64,000 nt of DNA from a virus (IMGVR_UViG_3300032272_000008:1-64000), one strand, 5' to 3'. Shown: positions 8,480-17,807, counted from the first letter of the stretch. The notes: a model not told the origin generated them from the sequence alone. Numbers and translations: made by a program.

Positions 8480-9613
8480 TCATTTCTCATTTTTCGATTT
8501 AACTTTACTCTGCTTCGCTTTCTTGACATTGATATTCAGGCGGTCATACGGCTGTCCTGTCTTCATATATTTCTCAAGATCAATGCCGTCTTCTTCCATG
8601 GCGTCCTTGTCGAGAGTTTTCTTACCCTTGACCTGGGACCATGAAACGGAGCCGCCATCATTAGGCAACGGTGCCTTTCTGACTCTGTTCTCCGTCAGGA
8701 TTTCTTTGATACGCTCCTGCGCAATTTTCATCGCTCGCTCATTGTCTGCCTTAGAGGCTTGGGCGGCTTTGTAATCGCTAACGTATGTGCTGAAATCTAA
8801 AACATCTTCGTCATGTACATCTCCTTCGCTGTCTGCTTCGGGCATGTTATCAAGTATCGTTGTCCCGCACGCAACTTTGAACGCGCAGTAGTCACATGAT
8901 CCGTCCATCCGTCCTTCTGGAATGATGTCGTTAGGATTAGTGACCTCGAACACATCCTCTGCTCGGCCTTTGCCGATAGCATAGATGTCCTCGTCGAACT
9001 CGATAACGAATGGCGTTATCTCATCAAGCCAGGAGGCGTTGATGTAGAGTATGATCGAGAAGACCGGTTTCCACTGCGTCTTCTCGCGGATAAGACCCAC
9101 CTGCATGTGCGTCTGGTAGTTGTGTTTTTGTTTCTCGTCATTGATGTTGGTGAAAGGGTCGATGCTCTTGACTTCAAGGTTGATACAGTCGCTCTTGATG
9201 TCAGGGATGCGGATGATATGCTTCCTGTACTTGACGACGACAGCTGCTCCCCAAGGAAGCCCTCGGATGAGACCATCGGGAGTAGCAGAGGCACGTCCGT
9301 CAACAAGCGTTGTCTGGTTTTCTCCTTGATAGAGAAGTTCAAGTCCTTCCGGCAAGTGATTGGACACTGCTGGTACGACGAAGTTATTCTCGATGACATT
9401 GCCGCGCTCGGTCGCTCCCCATCGCTGAGTGAAGTCGGCATCTTGTTCAAAGCCAAAGTCCTTACCCCGTTTCTTGAACCACGCTTCACGCAGGCATCCA
9501 TAGACTTCAGACGCACCGACCGACTCGCCACGATCATACATCCATTCTTTTGGATTAGCTTCTATGTAATCGTCGAAAACCTTCTGCAAGTCAAGTACAA
9601 ATTCTTCGGCCAT
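8480..9613 (-). CDS. Cas4-like PD-(D/E)xK exonuclease
   Basis: VGASEVYGCLR, SATPDGLI, LEVKS, YQTHMQ, C-terminal CDYCAFKVAC (Fe-S-type Cys set). Confidence 0.8.
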   Translation of the reverse strand: MAEEFVLDLQKVFDDYIEANPKEWMYDRGESVGASEVYGCLREAWFKKRGKDFGFEQDADFTQRWGATERGNVIENNFVVPAVSNHLPEGLELLYQGENQTTLVDGRASATPDGLIRGLPWGAAVVVKYRKHIIRIPDIKSDCINLEVKSIDPFTNINDEKQKHNYQTHMQVGLIREKTQWKPVFSIILYINASWLDEITPFVIEFDEDIYAIGKGRAEDVFEVTNPNDIIPEGRMDGSCDYCAFKVACGTTILDNMPEADSEGDVHDEDVLDFSTYVSDYKAAQASKADNERAMKIAQERIKEILTENRVRKAPLPNDGGSVSWSQVKGKKTLDKDAMEEDGIDLEKYMKTGQPYDRLNINVKKAKQSKVKSKNEK

Positions 9614-9619
9614 GATAGA

Positions 9620-11023
9620 TTAAGCTTTCTGTTTTGCCAGTTGTGCGCGGATCTCTGTCATCGACCGGCGTTTCTTTGGTTGTTTGAAGTAGGATTTGCT
9701 CAAAACCACGAGTTCATCCTTTGCGCGGGTCACGCCGGTATAGAACCACTCAGGGAAGCCGTCCATGCGACGCGGGTACTCGCCGACCACACACACCTTC
9801 GGCCATTCAGAGCCTTGGGATTTGTGTACGGTGAGAGCGTACGGATACATCACCTTGACGCCCTTGCGCTCAGATTCGATGCGGGAATAAGTATCTTCTC
9901 GCTGATTGTCCATAAGCATCACGTTCGGAGGGATGAGGTCGCTAAGGCACAGGACGCAGCTATACTCCAGACCATTCTCAAGCTCGATTGTAGCCTTCGT
10001 CAGGTACGGGTTGGTCCGCTTCATGTATTCGTCAGTGGCTTGGATCTCAACGATTTTCAATGGCTGTCCTTTGAAGATGCCGTCGTCGGCTTTGTTCTGG
10101 TCGAACAAAAGTTCTTCACCGGGCATTGGCCGCAGCTGATCACCGTCAGGAAGTGACACGTAGTCAAAGCCTTTTGCAAGCCGTATGGCGAGGTTCAGGT
10201 GGTGCCGCGTGACGTTCTTCCACACAAGCACTTGATGATCCTTGGCGTATTCCAAGACGGTAGCGATGCCTTCATCGTCGCTGTACGTCAAGTCAGCAGA
10301 GGCTGCGAAGGTCTCGATGTCCACAGCGCCGTTGCCGCGTACGTTGTGCGCGACTTTGATAATCCCAGAGCCTTCAGCCTGTCGGTGGATTTCAGTCAGC
10401 TTGATGTCAGGATTGGCGAGATCGATTGCAGGACGATCCTGTACAGGTGGGAGCTGTCCGTAGTCGCCGAAGTAGATCTTCGGAACCTTGATGTTGTTGA
10501 TGAACGGACGCATCATCGTGTCCTGTCCAATCATGGAAGCCTCGTCGCAGATCAGGCAATCGAAGAATTCATAGAAGTCTTCCGGGTCGATCGCTTGGAA
10601 AGACATCTTGCTCTTGTTGCCATACTTGTCTGCCAGGTCTTGGAGGTTTTCCCACTCAGCTAGGAGTTCAGCGCGCATGTGAGGACGTGCCATCATGTCA
10701 GCTTTGCAGACTTCCATGCGCGCGTTGATCTCTTTCAGATGATCGACAGGATTGTCTGTCAAGACTGAATGAAGGGTGCGCGCCTTAAAGTAGTCCTGCT
10801 TACCACTGATCACGTGAGCTGCTTTTCCAGTTGGTGCGCAGACAGCAGGACGGAAGCCTTGTTCTTTCATGCGGCGGACCAGTTCGATCAAGGTCACGGT
10901 CTTGCCGGTGCCCGCGAGACCTGACACTGTGAAATGGTTTTCTCCGTCGCCTTCTTCAAGGTACTCCAGAGCCATTCCTATCGCTAGGTCTTGTTCTGCG
11001 TTGAGTGTGATTGCGTCGGACAT
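9620..11023 (-). CDS. RecD/Dda-like SF1B DNA helicase
   Basis: GLAGTGKT Walker A, APTGKAA, CDEASMI, GDYGQLPPV, YALTVHKSQGSEW, YTGVTRAK. Confidence 0.92.
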   Translation of the reverse strand: MSDAITLNAEQDLAIGMALEYLEEGDGENHFTVSGLAGTGKTVTLIELVRRMKEQGFRPAVCAPTGKAAHVISGKQDYFKARTLHSVLTDNPVDHLKEINARMEVCKADMMARPHMRAELLAEWENLQDLADKYGNKSKMSFQAIDPEDFYEFFDCLICDEASMIGQDTMMRPFINNIKVPKIYFGDYGQLPPVQDRPAIDLANPDIKLTEIHRQAEGSGIIKVAHNVRGNGAVDIETFAASADLTYSDDEGIATVLEYAKDHQVLVWKNVTRHHLNLAIRLAKGFDYVSLPDGDQLRPMPGEELLFDQNKADDGIFKGQPLKIVEIQATDEYMKRTNPYLTKATIELENGLEYSCVLCLSDLIPPNVMLMDNQREDTYSRIESERKGVKVMYPYALTVHKSQGSEWPKVCVVGEYPRRMDGFPEWFYTGVTRAKDELVVLSKSYFKQPKKRRSMTEIRAQLAKQKA

Positions 11024-11118
11024 CGTGGAATTCCCTTTGTATAAACTTTGTATTCGGTGCGGTATGATGGGTTCTACCTGGAACCCATTGCATGGTCACG
11101 TACAAACGTGATCATTGG

Positions 11119-13155
11119 TTAATGGCACTCAGCCCAGTTGTGGCCGATCTTGAATTCCGCACCGATTGGACAGCTCATTCCAAAACTCGATCCAGCGTCC
11201 GCAGCAGCTTCAATACAGAGCGCTGCAAACTCTTCGGCAACTTCCGAACGAGCCGCTGACTGAATTTCGTCGTGTACAAAGGCAAGCATTGCGAAGTCAC
11301 CATGCCATCCATGATTGAGTCCTTCAGCCATTGCATAGTCTTCTGTGAAGACGAGCCAGCGTTTGGCAATAAGAGCACCGGCTCCTTGCAGTCGTGTGTT
11401 GAGAGCAGCATGTTCAGATCGGATAGGGACTTTGCGTCCGTCGAGACCATAGATGAATCCTTTCTGCGCCTGGGCTTGTGTTTCCTTGATCACGCTGTTG
11501 AGCGCGGGCAGACCGTCCATCAATTGCTGACGGAAGCGTCGGCCAGCTTCAGCCCACTGACTTGAGTCCAAGTCCGCTGCAATAGTCGCGCCAATCTTTG
11601 GATCACCCGCGCCATACAGCAGCCCGTATAGCCCGCGCTTTATCGTACTGCGGCTGTCGATACCAGTTTTCGACATGTTGTACGCGTGGATGTCCTGGCC
11701 GCTCGCAATCACTTCGATCATTTCGCCACCGTCGTATGGAGACATCGCGTCTGCCAGACAACGGAACTCGATACCTGATAAGTCTGCGCCAACTTGCACC
11801 CATGGTTCACCTTCAACGGTTTCAGGAACATAAAACAGCGAGCGACATTCGTATCCGTACTTGCCTTTGAGGCCAAGTATTGGATGATCATCTTTGTCCA
11901 GTTGCACCGAGGGCACCTGTCCAAGGTTCGGGCCATGATGGGACGCGCGGCCAGTGACAGTGCCGCCGATGTTGATGTAGCAGTGGACCGCGCCGGTCTC
12001 TTTGTCGAATTTTTTGATCCAGGCTTCAGAACCGTTCGAGATATAGCCCAACAGTTTTTGCAGCTGGAAGATGTCCGCAAGTTCGTTGCAGATAGGATGG
12101 CGTTCACCCATGGCGCGCAGAACGGTGTCGTCAACGGACGGACGCCCTGTCTTGGTCCACTCAGTCGGGTGCCACGCAAAATCGTCTGTGAGGAAGTCTA
12201 TGACCTGATCTCGCGACGTTGGCGAGAAGGGTTTCCACTTCATCTTGCAGTAGGCACCACCAGCTGTCCGGTCACCACGCTTGGTAGGATCTTTTGATTT
12301 GGCATCCTTCTTCGGGATGGTAATTTCCGCCCACCACTTGCGTGAGTAATCTTCTCCCCACTCTTCACGTGGCGGCTTGTAAGCCTTCTTCGCCTGGAGA
12401 CCTTTTGGATCATTCCAGAGGGGACTTATCACGTACTTTTTTTCCGCTGCGAACGCGCCGCATCTTTTTTCGACGACGGCTTGGACTTTCACCGCCATTT
12501 CGGATTGTAACTTTTGGGCGAGTACCTCGGCCTCCGCCAGCTTGAAAGGGAAGCCGGTATGCTCCATGTAGGTGACAACTTCTTGTGTCGCCTGTTCCAT
12601 GTCGATCGTGTCGAGCGAGACGTTATGCTTCTCGATGAAATTCCAGAGCAGAATGTTGACGTCGATATCGTTCTCACAATAGTCGTCCATCTCCTGATTC
12701 CATTCGGACCAAGGGTCGAGACCTTTTGCCTGCATCTCTTTCGCATAGTCGCCCTTGCGCTTGCCAAGACGATAGCCCCACGAGTCGAGTGAATGCTTGC
12801 CGATCATCTTTGCAGGCAGTCGGCCTTGCTTATTCGCGGCGAAGTCCAGTGGCTTGAAATCGATCGGGAGCAAGCGCACCATGACAAGCGTGTCGCGGAT
12901 CTCGATGTCTCCTGCATGGAAGTGCGGGTAGACGATGGCCACGGCCTTGATGTCGAAGCCGATGATGTTGTGGCCAATCCACATGTCAGCTGCTTCCAGC
13001 ATAGCCACGCCGTCGGCGATGTCGTTGCCAGCCTTGTTGTTTCGGAAGGCAAACTTCTCAAGCGTGTCCACGTCAATGATGTGCAGGCAATGGATTCGAT
13101 CCATCGTCGGCAGGAGACCGTTCGTCTCCACGTCCCATAATAATCTACGTCCCAT
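11119..13155 (-). CDS. polA: DNA polymerase family A (T7-type) with 3'-5' exonuclease
   Basis: WDVETNGL ExoI, GHNIIGFD ExoII, YCENDID ExoIII, DLSGIEFR motif A, K..LYGLLYGAG motif B, VHDEIQ motif C. Confidence 0.95.
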   Translation of the reverse strand: MGRRLLWDVETNGLLPTMDRIHCLHIIDVDTLEKFAFRNNKAGNDIADGVAMLEAADMWIGHNIIGFDIKAVAIVYPHFHAGDIEIRDTLVMVRLLPIDFKPLDFAANKQGRLPAKMIGKHSLDSWGYRLGKRKGDYAKEMQAKGLDPWSEWNQEMDDYCENDIDVNILLWNFIEKHNVSLDTIDMEQATQEVVTYMEHTGFPFKLAEAEVLAQKLQSEMAVKVQAVVEKRCGAFAAEKKYVISPLWNDPKGLQAKKAYKPPREEWGEDYSRKWWAEITIPKKDAKSKDPTKRGDRTAGGAYCKMKWKPFSPTSRDQVIDFLTDDFAWHPTEWTKTGRPSVDDTVLRAMGERHPICNELADIFQLQKLLGYISNGSEAWIKKFDKETGAVHCYINIGGTVTGRASHHGPNLGQVPSVQLDKDDHPILGLKGKYGYECRSLFYVPETVEGEPWVQVGADLSGIEFRCLADAMSPYDGGEMIEVIASGQDIHAYNMSKTGIDSRSTIKRGLYGLLYGAGDPKIGATIAADLDSSQWAEAGRRFRQQLMDGLPALNSVIKETQAQAQKGFIYGLDGRKVPIRSEHAALNTRLQGAGALIAKRWLVFTEDYAMAEGLNHGWHGDFAMLAFVHDEIQSAARSEVAEEFAALCIEAAADAGSSFGMSCPIGAEFKIGHNWAECH

Positions 13156-13156
13156 G

Positions 13157-13375
13157 TCAGGTTCCTCGATACTTAGGATGCGTAATTGCAGCCTCTATCA
13201 TTTCCATTGCAAGCAGGCGGTTCGTATGTTGTGACCTTGTAGTGTTCACACACGCCTCTATGTCACCCGGAAGGTATGTGACCTTGATACCAGACGGACC
13301 ACTGCCGACGTGCTGTCCGCCACGGTTGAAGCCGAAGGGCCAGGACTCAATCTTCAAGTGTTTTGGATCTATCAA
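13157..13375 (-). CDS. Stand-alone class I release factor domain (GGQ) protein, about 72 aa
   Basis: IDPKHLKIE..GGQHVG...GIKVTYLPGDI...RSQHTNRLLAME. TTG start at 13375 with GAGGA RBS (ORF track start 13402). Confidence 0.75.
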   Translation of the reverse strand: MIDPKHLKIESWPFGFNRGGQHVGSGPSGIKVTYLPGDIEACVNTTRSQHTNRLLAMEMIEAAITHPKYRGT

Positions 13376-13508
13376 TGTCAGGTTCCTCATATTGGGCGTC
13401 ACACTTTGGGCAACAGTTGTTATCGTTCAACTCACCGTCACCCCGGCAGTGGTCGCATCCAAAGTCGTCGTCTTCAATTGATACACCCCAGGCTTCGATG
13501 TCAGGCAC
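13347..13508 (-). CDS. Small Cys-rich (CxxC...CxxC) protein, 53 aa, not in ORF track
   Basis: AGGAG RBS + GTG; MPDIEAWG...CDHCRGDG...CCPKCDAQ. Confidence 0.6.
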   Translation of the reverse strand: MPDIEAWGVSIEDDDFGCDHCRGDGELNDNNCCPKCDAQYEEPDIDRSKTLED

Positions 13509-13517
13509 TTCTGTCTC

Positions 13518-15134
13518 CTATCGTTGAGCGCACCACTTCTGGCCACGCATTGTTACAATCGTTCGCTTGCCGTTCGAGTATGTTACAATGTGAGAATGGT
13601 TCCAGCCGGTCAGTCCGCCTCGATTATATCCTTGATCGCGGGTACAGGAATGCCCCGCAAGATAGATGCCTTCATATATGCCTGCACCATGCTTGTCAGC
13701 GATGTTGGCTTTAGGACCCATCTTGGAAAATGATTTGATGTGCCCCTTTGCCCCGTTGGCACCTTTGTCACCGTGTAGCGCGTTCTCGATGTTGCCGCAA
13801 ATAACAAATGATCCGGTGTTCGGAATGAACTGCACATTGTCGAGGTCATAGTCCTGCTTTCTGATGCCCCACTCAGCGGCGAGGAAGTTGTCTTCACGTT
13901 TCTTGATTGCTTTGTAGTAGGCAGTCTGTGCTTCAAGAAAGAACAATGCGTTGGCTGGATCGAAGCGGGTGTCGGCGGTCTTGAGCCACTTCTCGAATGC
14001 ACGGTCATGATTACTGTCGATGACGATGGACTCGCAGAACTCACGCTGAGTGCCTTCTAAGAAGCGTGCTGCATTGATGAACTCACCTTCGACGTTTGAC
14101 TTGCCGTTGATGTGCATCTTGTACCAGTGATGCGGGTCCTTGACGTTGTGATGGTTGCGTCGGCGGAAGTCAATCACATCATGGAAGAATTGGTAAACCG
14201 GTTTCAACGTATCGAGCATATTATCTTCAACCATGACGATGCTGCTGAACTCAGAGTCGTATCCCCACGATCCGATCGCCGTATCGTAGTCCAATGTTTC
14301 CGCGTGGATGTCGCCCCAGGTAATCGCCTCAACAATTCCGCTACCCTCTGTAATGGCTCCGTCTGCCACATAGTTGTTCAGATCACAGAACGCACCATCT
14401 TTGTCAGCCGCGAGGTGGCGACAGAAGAAGTCACCTTCACTATCGATCTCAACGAGCACTGCGCCGATGACGTGATGGAATTCGGCTTTGATGCCAGCCT
14501 TCTGTTGAAGGTAGTTCGGCAACGTGACGGCACCGGTTGTCATGATGATCTTTGGGTCGTCATGGAGCCGCGTGGGGACGCTTTCGAGAACCACCTTCGG
14601 GTGAGGAAGGATGGCCCACTTTTCACGCGTGTACGTCTGAAAACCAGATAGGGGATCGGTTGCAGTCGGTAGCGTGTTCATCTCACCGCAGAAGACCAAC
14701 CGGCCATCGACATCGAACCGTTCATTGGAGATGTAGTCGGCGATGTCTGGGTGATAGATCGAGACGATGTTCTTGTCTTCGCGCGCCGTCGCCTGCATGT
14801 TGTAGGTGAAGCCGCTGATGTGGATGTTAGCATTCAAGTGGGCTGCGTATGCTTTAAGGTTCTCCATGAAGCCTTCGTGCACTGCGGTGTGGGCCTGGGC
14901 CGATGAGAAGATCCAGGTTTTGACAGCTGCGCCCCGCCGAGGCTTCTTTAGAGCCACCGGCTTGTTCTGGTTTTTCGTGGTGTAGGAGGCGGTAATTTTA
15001 CGGTGTCGGCGTTGGAAAGTGACGCGGGCTATACCTAATCCCGTGGCGGCTTTGTTGAGACTGCCGTACGTCTTGACAGCTTCGAGGACTTCAGCGTCTG
15101 ACATTTTCGCCAGAACAGGATGTGGAGCGGCCAT
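13518..15134 (-). CDS. T5 A1-like metallophosphoesterase/DNase with N-terminal HTH
   Basis: N-term helix-turn-helix; SSAQ..T.VH..F, PTA.DPL.G, TTGAVT..NY..KAG.KAEFHH, WGDIH, FHD..DF..RNHH, SNHD. Confidence 0.65.
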   Translation of the reverse strand: MAAPHPVLAKMSDAEVLEAVKTYGSLNKAATGLGIARVTFQRRHRKITASYTTKNQNKPVALKKPRRGAAVKTWIFSSAQAHTAVHEGFMENLKAYAAHLNANIHISGFTYNMQATAREDKNIVSIYHPDIADYISNERFDVDGRLVFCGEMNTLPTATDPLSGFQTYTREKWAILPHPKVVLESVPTRLHDDPKIIMTTGAVTLPNYLQQKAGIKAEFHHVIGAVLVEIDSEGDFFCRHLAADKDGAFCDLNNYVADGAITEGSGIVEAITWGDIHAETLDYDTAIGSWGYDSEFSSIVMVEDNMLDTLKPVYQFFHDVIDFRRRNHHNVKDPHHWYKMHINGKSNVEGEFINAARFLEGTQREFCESIVIDSNHDRAFEKWLKTADTRFDPANALFFLEAQTAYYKAIKKREDNFLAAEWGIRKQDYDLDNVQFIPNTGSFVICGNIENALHGDKGANGAKGHIKSFSKMGPKANIADKHGAGIYEGIYLAGHSCTRDQGYNRGGLTGWNHSHIVTYSNGKRTIVTMRGQKWCAQR

Positions 15135-15194
15135 GTATTTTGTCCTTCTTATTTCAATGCGTTGGGTATATCACGTCATAGGGCCACCTGCAAG

Positions 15195-16820
15195 CTACAG
15201 GTATTTCTGGCCCATCATACGGTCAATGTTCTGCTGTCTCACGTCGAGTATTTCCACAAGTTCGGCCTCGATAGAATCCTCAATGACAAGGCGGTATACT
15301 GCGATTGGATTGAGCTTTGTAGGTAGCCACGGTCTCTCTTCGGCCTGATCGTATTCAGAGGGCACTGCTCTAGCAAACTCTGCAATGACAACGACGTCGG
15401 ATGCGGACAGTTCGATGGCTTCGGACATAGACTGGAGGTTTCCAACAATGATTCGACATGTTGGATCAGTCTGGAAACGTACTCGCTCTGCTTCGCGCTG
15501 AGAGGTTGACATGCCTCCGTATACTCGTGCGATAGTCTCAGGCGCAAATGCATCGTAGAACTTCTCAAGGGGTTCTCGGTGGTGATAGAAGACGATGACC
15601 TTGGGTTCAGTTTCAAGAATTTCGTTGATGACATCGACGACCATATCGACTTTTCTGAGAGCCAATTCACGACGGGCAACTGGCCCTTTCCCTTCGACCA
15701 TTCCGACATCATCAAGCGTAACGTCTCCGAGCTTATCTTCGCCACCGGCATTTAACATCTCTCTTAGTTTGTCCAAATTCTGTTGGAAAGCCGAGCGCTC
15801 TGTAGCGAGCAGGCGGGATAAACCAGTCTTTGGCAACAAAATAGTCTGACGTAGTGGAGGCAATTCTTCTAACACGTCGCCCTTCTCGCGGCGTATCATA
15901 AAGGTTTTCCTTAGATAGAATTGCAAGTCCTCTTCGTTTGAAGACCCGCTTGTATCGAGTCCAAACGCGCCCTTGAACGCGTTGCAATACTTGTAGATGT
16001 AGCTTTTCCAGTTGGACCCTAAACCGCTTTTGTCGAGCTTTTCGATCATAGGCCACAGCTGGATTGGTCGTGTAAAGATCGGGGTTCCAGTGAGACATAT
16101 GAAGTGTTCCTTCGCTTTGATCTTCTGGTCGCGTTTCTTGCCCTTGACCGGCTTGCCAAAGGTTATCTTTGTGCGCTTGGATTTTGGATTGCCAAGCTTA
16201 TGTGTCTCATCGCTGATCACGACATCCCAATCGATCGACGTGAGATAGTCGAAGTGCTTTTCGAGTAGCTCGAAATTGATGACCAGGAAGTCCGTCTCAG
16301 GATTGTTCGGTCCTTCGCAGTATCCCACACTCATGTCATGAACAAGCCACTCCTTCGCTTCACGGACCCAGCCCACCTTCGCGTTTGCGGGAACAACCGC
16401 CAGAACGCGTCGTGGTCGGTCGGTTTCGGGGAGTAGATTGATGACGCCGAGAGTTTGGATGGTTTTGCCAAGGCGTGGGACATCAGCGTTGAGTGAGCCC
16501 CAGCGCGACGCCATGAAGGCGATTCCTGCTTTTTGATAGTCACGGTATTCCCTTCCTGGTGGTGCGGGCACTTGGATGTCCGAAGTTACCGCAAGGCTCT
16601 CAGCGACAGCTTCTCGCTTGATGTTGATGAATTTAGAGACAACTATAGCTGTCCCGTCGTCGCAGAACTCCAAAAAAGGAACCACGCGTTCAATCTTACT
16701 TGTCCTCGCTTCGTCTCTGATCTTCAAATGAAGCCAGCCTTTGCTTTTCAGTTCAAGCAACTTCTCGGGCGATCCGGTCGCAAAGAACCGGCCACCTTTA
16801 TGTGTGATCTGGAGGGTCAT
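15195..16820 (-). CDS. SNF2-family helicase (HARP/SMARCAL1-like)
   Basis: ADVPRLGKT, VISDETH, LTGTPI, MIRREK, KVIVFYHHRE, QAEER (degenerate motif VI). Confidence 0.85.
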   Translation of the reverse strand: MTLQITHKGGRFFATGSPEKLLELKSKGWLHLKIRDEARTSKIERVVPFLEFCDDGTAIVVSKFINIKREAVAESLAVTSDIQVPAPPGREYRDYQKAGIAFMASRWGSLNADVPRLGKTIQTLGVINLLPETDRPRRVLAVVPANAKVGWVREAKEWLVHDMSVGYCEGPNNPETDFLVINFELLEKHFDYLTSIDWDVVISDETHKLGNPKSKRTKITFGKPVKGKKRDQKIKAKEHFICLTGTPIFTRPIQLWPMIEKLDKSGLGSNWKSYIYKYCNAFKGAFGLDTSGSSNEEDLQFYLRKTFMIRREKGDVLEELPPLRQTILLPKTGLSRLLATERSAFQQNLDKLREMLNAGGEDKLGDVTLDDVGMVEGKGPVARRELALRKVDMVVDVINEILETEPKVIVFYHHREPLEKFYDAFAPETIARVYGGMSTSQREAERVRFQTDPTCRIIVGNLQSMSEAIELSASDVVVIAEFARAVPSEYDQAEERPWLPTKLNPIAVYRLVIEDSIEAELVEILDVRQQNIDRMMGQKYL

Positions 16821-16849
16821 GTTACCTTGAATGCACCTAAAGGCACTTT

Positions 16850-16869
16850 ATGTTACCTTGAGGTAACAT
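16850..16869. promoter_or_regulatory. Palindromic operator-like site upstream of the SNF2-polymerase operon
   Basis: ATGTTACCT-TG-AGGTAACAT; ATGTTACCTTGA is also repeated at 16819-16830 over the SNF2 RBS/start. Confidence 0.55.
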
Positions 16870-16871
16870 TT

Positions 16872-17156
16872 TCAGTTGGCTGGGAGGATGTAATAGCGCC
16901 CTTGGATGCGCTCGACATTGTAGCGCTTGTAGAACACGCCCACTTTACAAGTCACACGAATGCGTCCCATCCCCGCTGATTCGAGTTTGTGGATGCTGTC
17001 ACAGCGGTAGCCGTCAGCTACGATTTCTTTTCTGAGACTTGCGTAGGCTTTGGCAGGGTATGCGAATGCGATCCCCACGATGCAGACGACGCAAACGATG
17101 GCCAGAACGACAGCGTAGAAGGGAGGTTTCGGCCTGACATAATATTTCGATTCCAT
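16872..17156 (-). CDS. Hypothetical protein with N-terminal TM/signal segment
   Basis: GAAAGGA RBS; hydrophobic residues 14-33; two Cys. Confidence 0.6.
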   Translation of the reverse strand: MESKYYVRPKPPFYAVVLAIVCVVCIVGIAFAYPAKAYASLRKEIVADGYRCDSIHKLESAGMGRIRVTCKVGVFYKRYNVERIQGRYYILPAN

Positions 17157-17177
17157 GGAGGTATTCCTTTCGATAGT

Positions 17178-17450
17178 CTATTCAGATGGACGGGAGATAG
17201 CAACCATGAGCTGCGCGTACATACGAGCCATGCTTGCAGTGAGGGGGTTGTGCGCAGAGTCCACGATCGTTTTCCACGTGGTTTCAGTTACCAGCTCTTT
17301 ACCGGACTCGATGTGTCGCAGCGTTTGTTTCACGCCACCGACTTCAATGGTCTGCGTGAGAGCGAAATAGGGGTACAGCAAACGCCGACGCTGGGCAAAC
17401 AATGCTGCGTTTTGGAGCTGATCGTGTAGGTCTGTTCGGCGGTCGTCCAT
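17178..17450 (-). CDS. Hypothetical protein (90 aa)
   Basis: GAAAGGT RBS; fits the operon. Confidence 0.55.
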   Translation of the reverse strand: MDDRRTDLHDQLQNAALFAQRRRLLYPYFALTQTIEVGGVKQTLRHIESGKELVTETTWKTIVDSAHNPLTASMARMYAQLMVAISRPSE

Positions 17451-17571
17451 GACTTAATACCTTTCTTTGGATTTGTGACACGGAATACCCCGCATCGAGC
17501 AACAGTCTTTCACCTTCACTGTATTTGATCAAGCCTTGTTTGATGTTTCGGATGATCTGTTCTTCTGACAC
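17344..17571 (-). CDS. Hypothetical protein (75 aa; overlaps next gene)
   Basis: Start coupled to the upstream stop; 107-nt overlap lowers confidence. Confidence 0.35.
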   Translation of the reverse strand: MSEEQIIRNIKQGLIKYSEGERLLLDAGYSVSQIQRKVLSHGRPPNRPTRSAPKRSIVCPASAFAVPLFRSHADH

Positions 17572-17807
17572 TACGGTTGGCTCACTGTCAGATGGTGGGG
17601 CACGACGGACTTGCCTGCAAAGGTCAGGATGATCACCTCACCACGCTTCAGTCTATCCAGTTCGAGTGGGTTCGGGCGATAGGCGAACTCGACGCCATCT
17701 CCACCAACATAGCCGGAAATTGTTTTGCACGGACCAAACTTGGCTTCGTCCCAGTTTCCTGGAGGACCAAATTCTACGTTGTCTTGTTCACGTCGGATGG
17801 GTTTCAT
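17571..17807 (-). CDS. Hypothetical phage protein (78 aa)
   Basis: AGGAG RBS before ATG 17807; GPPGNWD...W/F.P...EL..L..G pattern. Confidence 0.65.
   Translation of the reverse strand: MKPIRREQDNVEFGPPGNWDEAKFGPCKTISGYVGGDGVEFAYRPNPLELDRLKRGEVIILTFAGKSVVPHHLTVSQP

Noticed and set aside
9107-10156. Long antisense ORFs (also 5108-5905, 18551-19354, 32859-33650, 59975-60727, 61957-62553)
   Set aside because: They lie opposite well-supported genes, have no motifs, and reflect codon bias of the sense strand.
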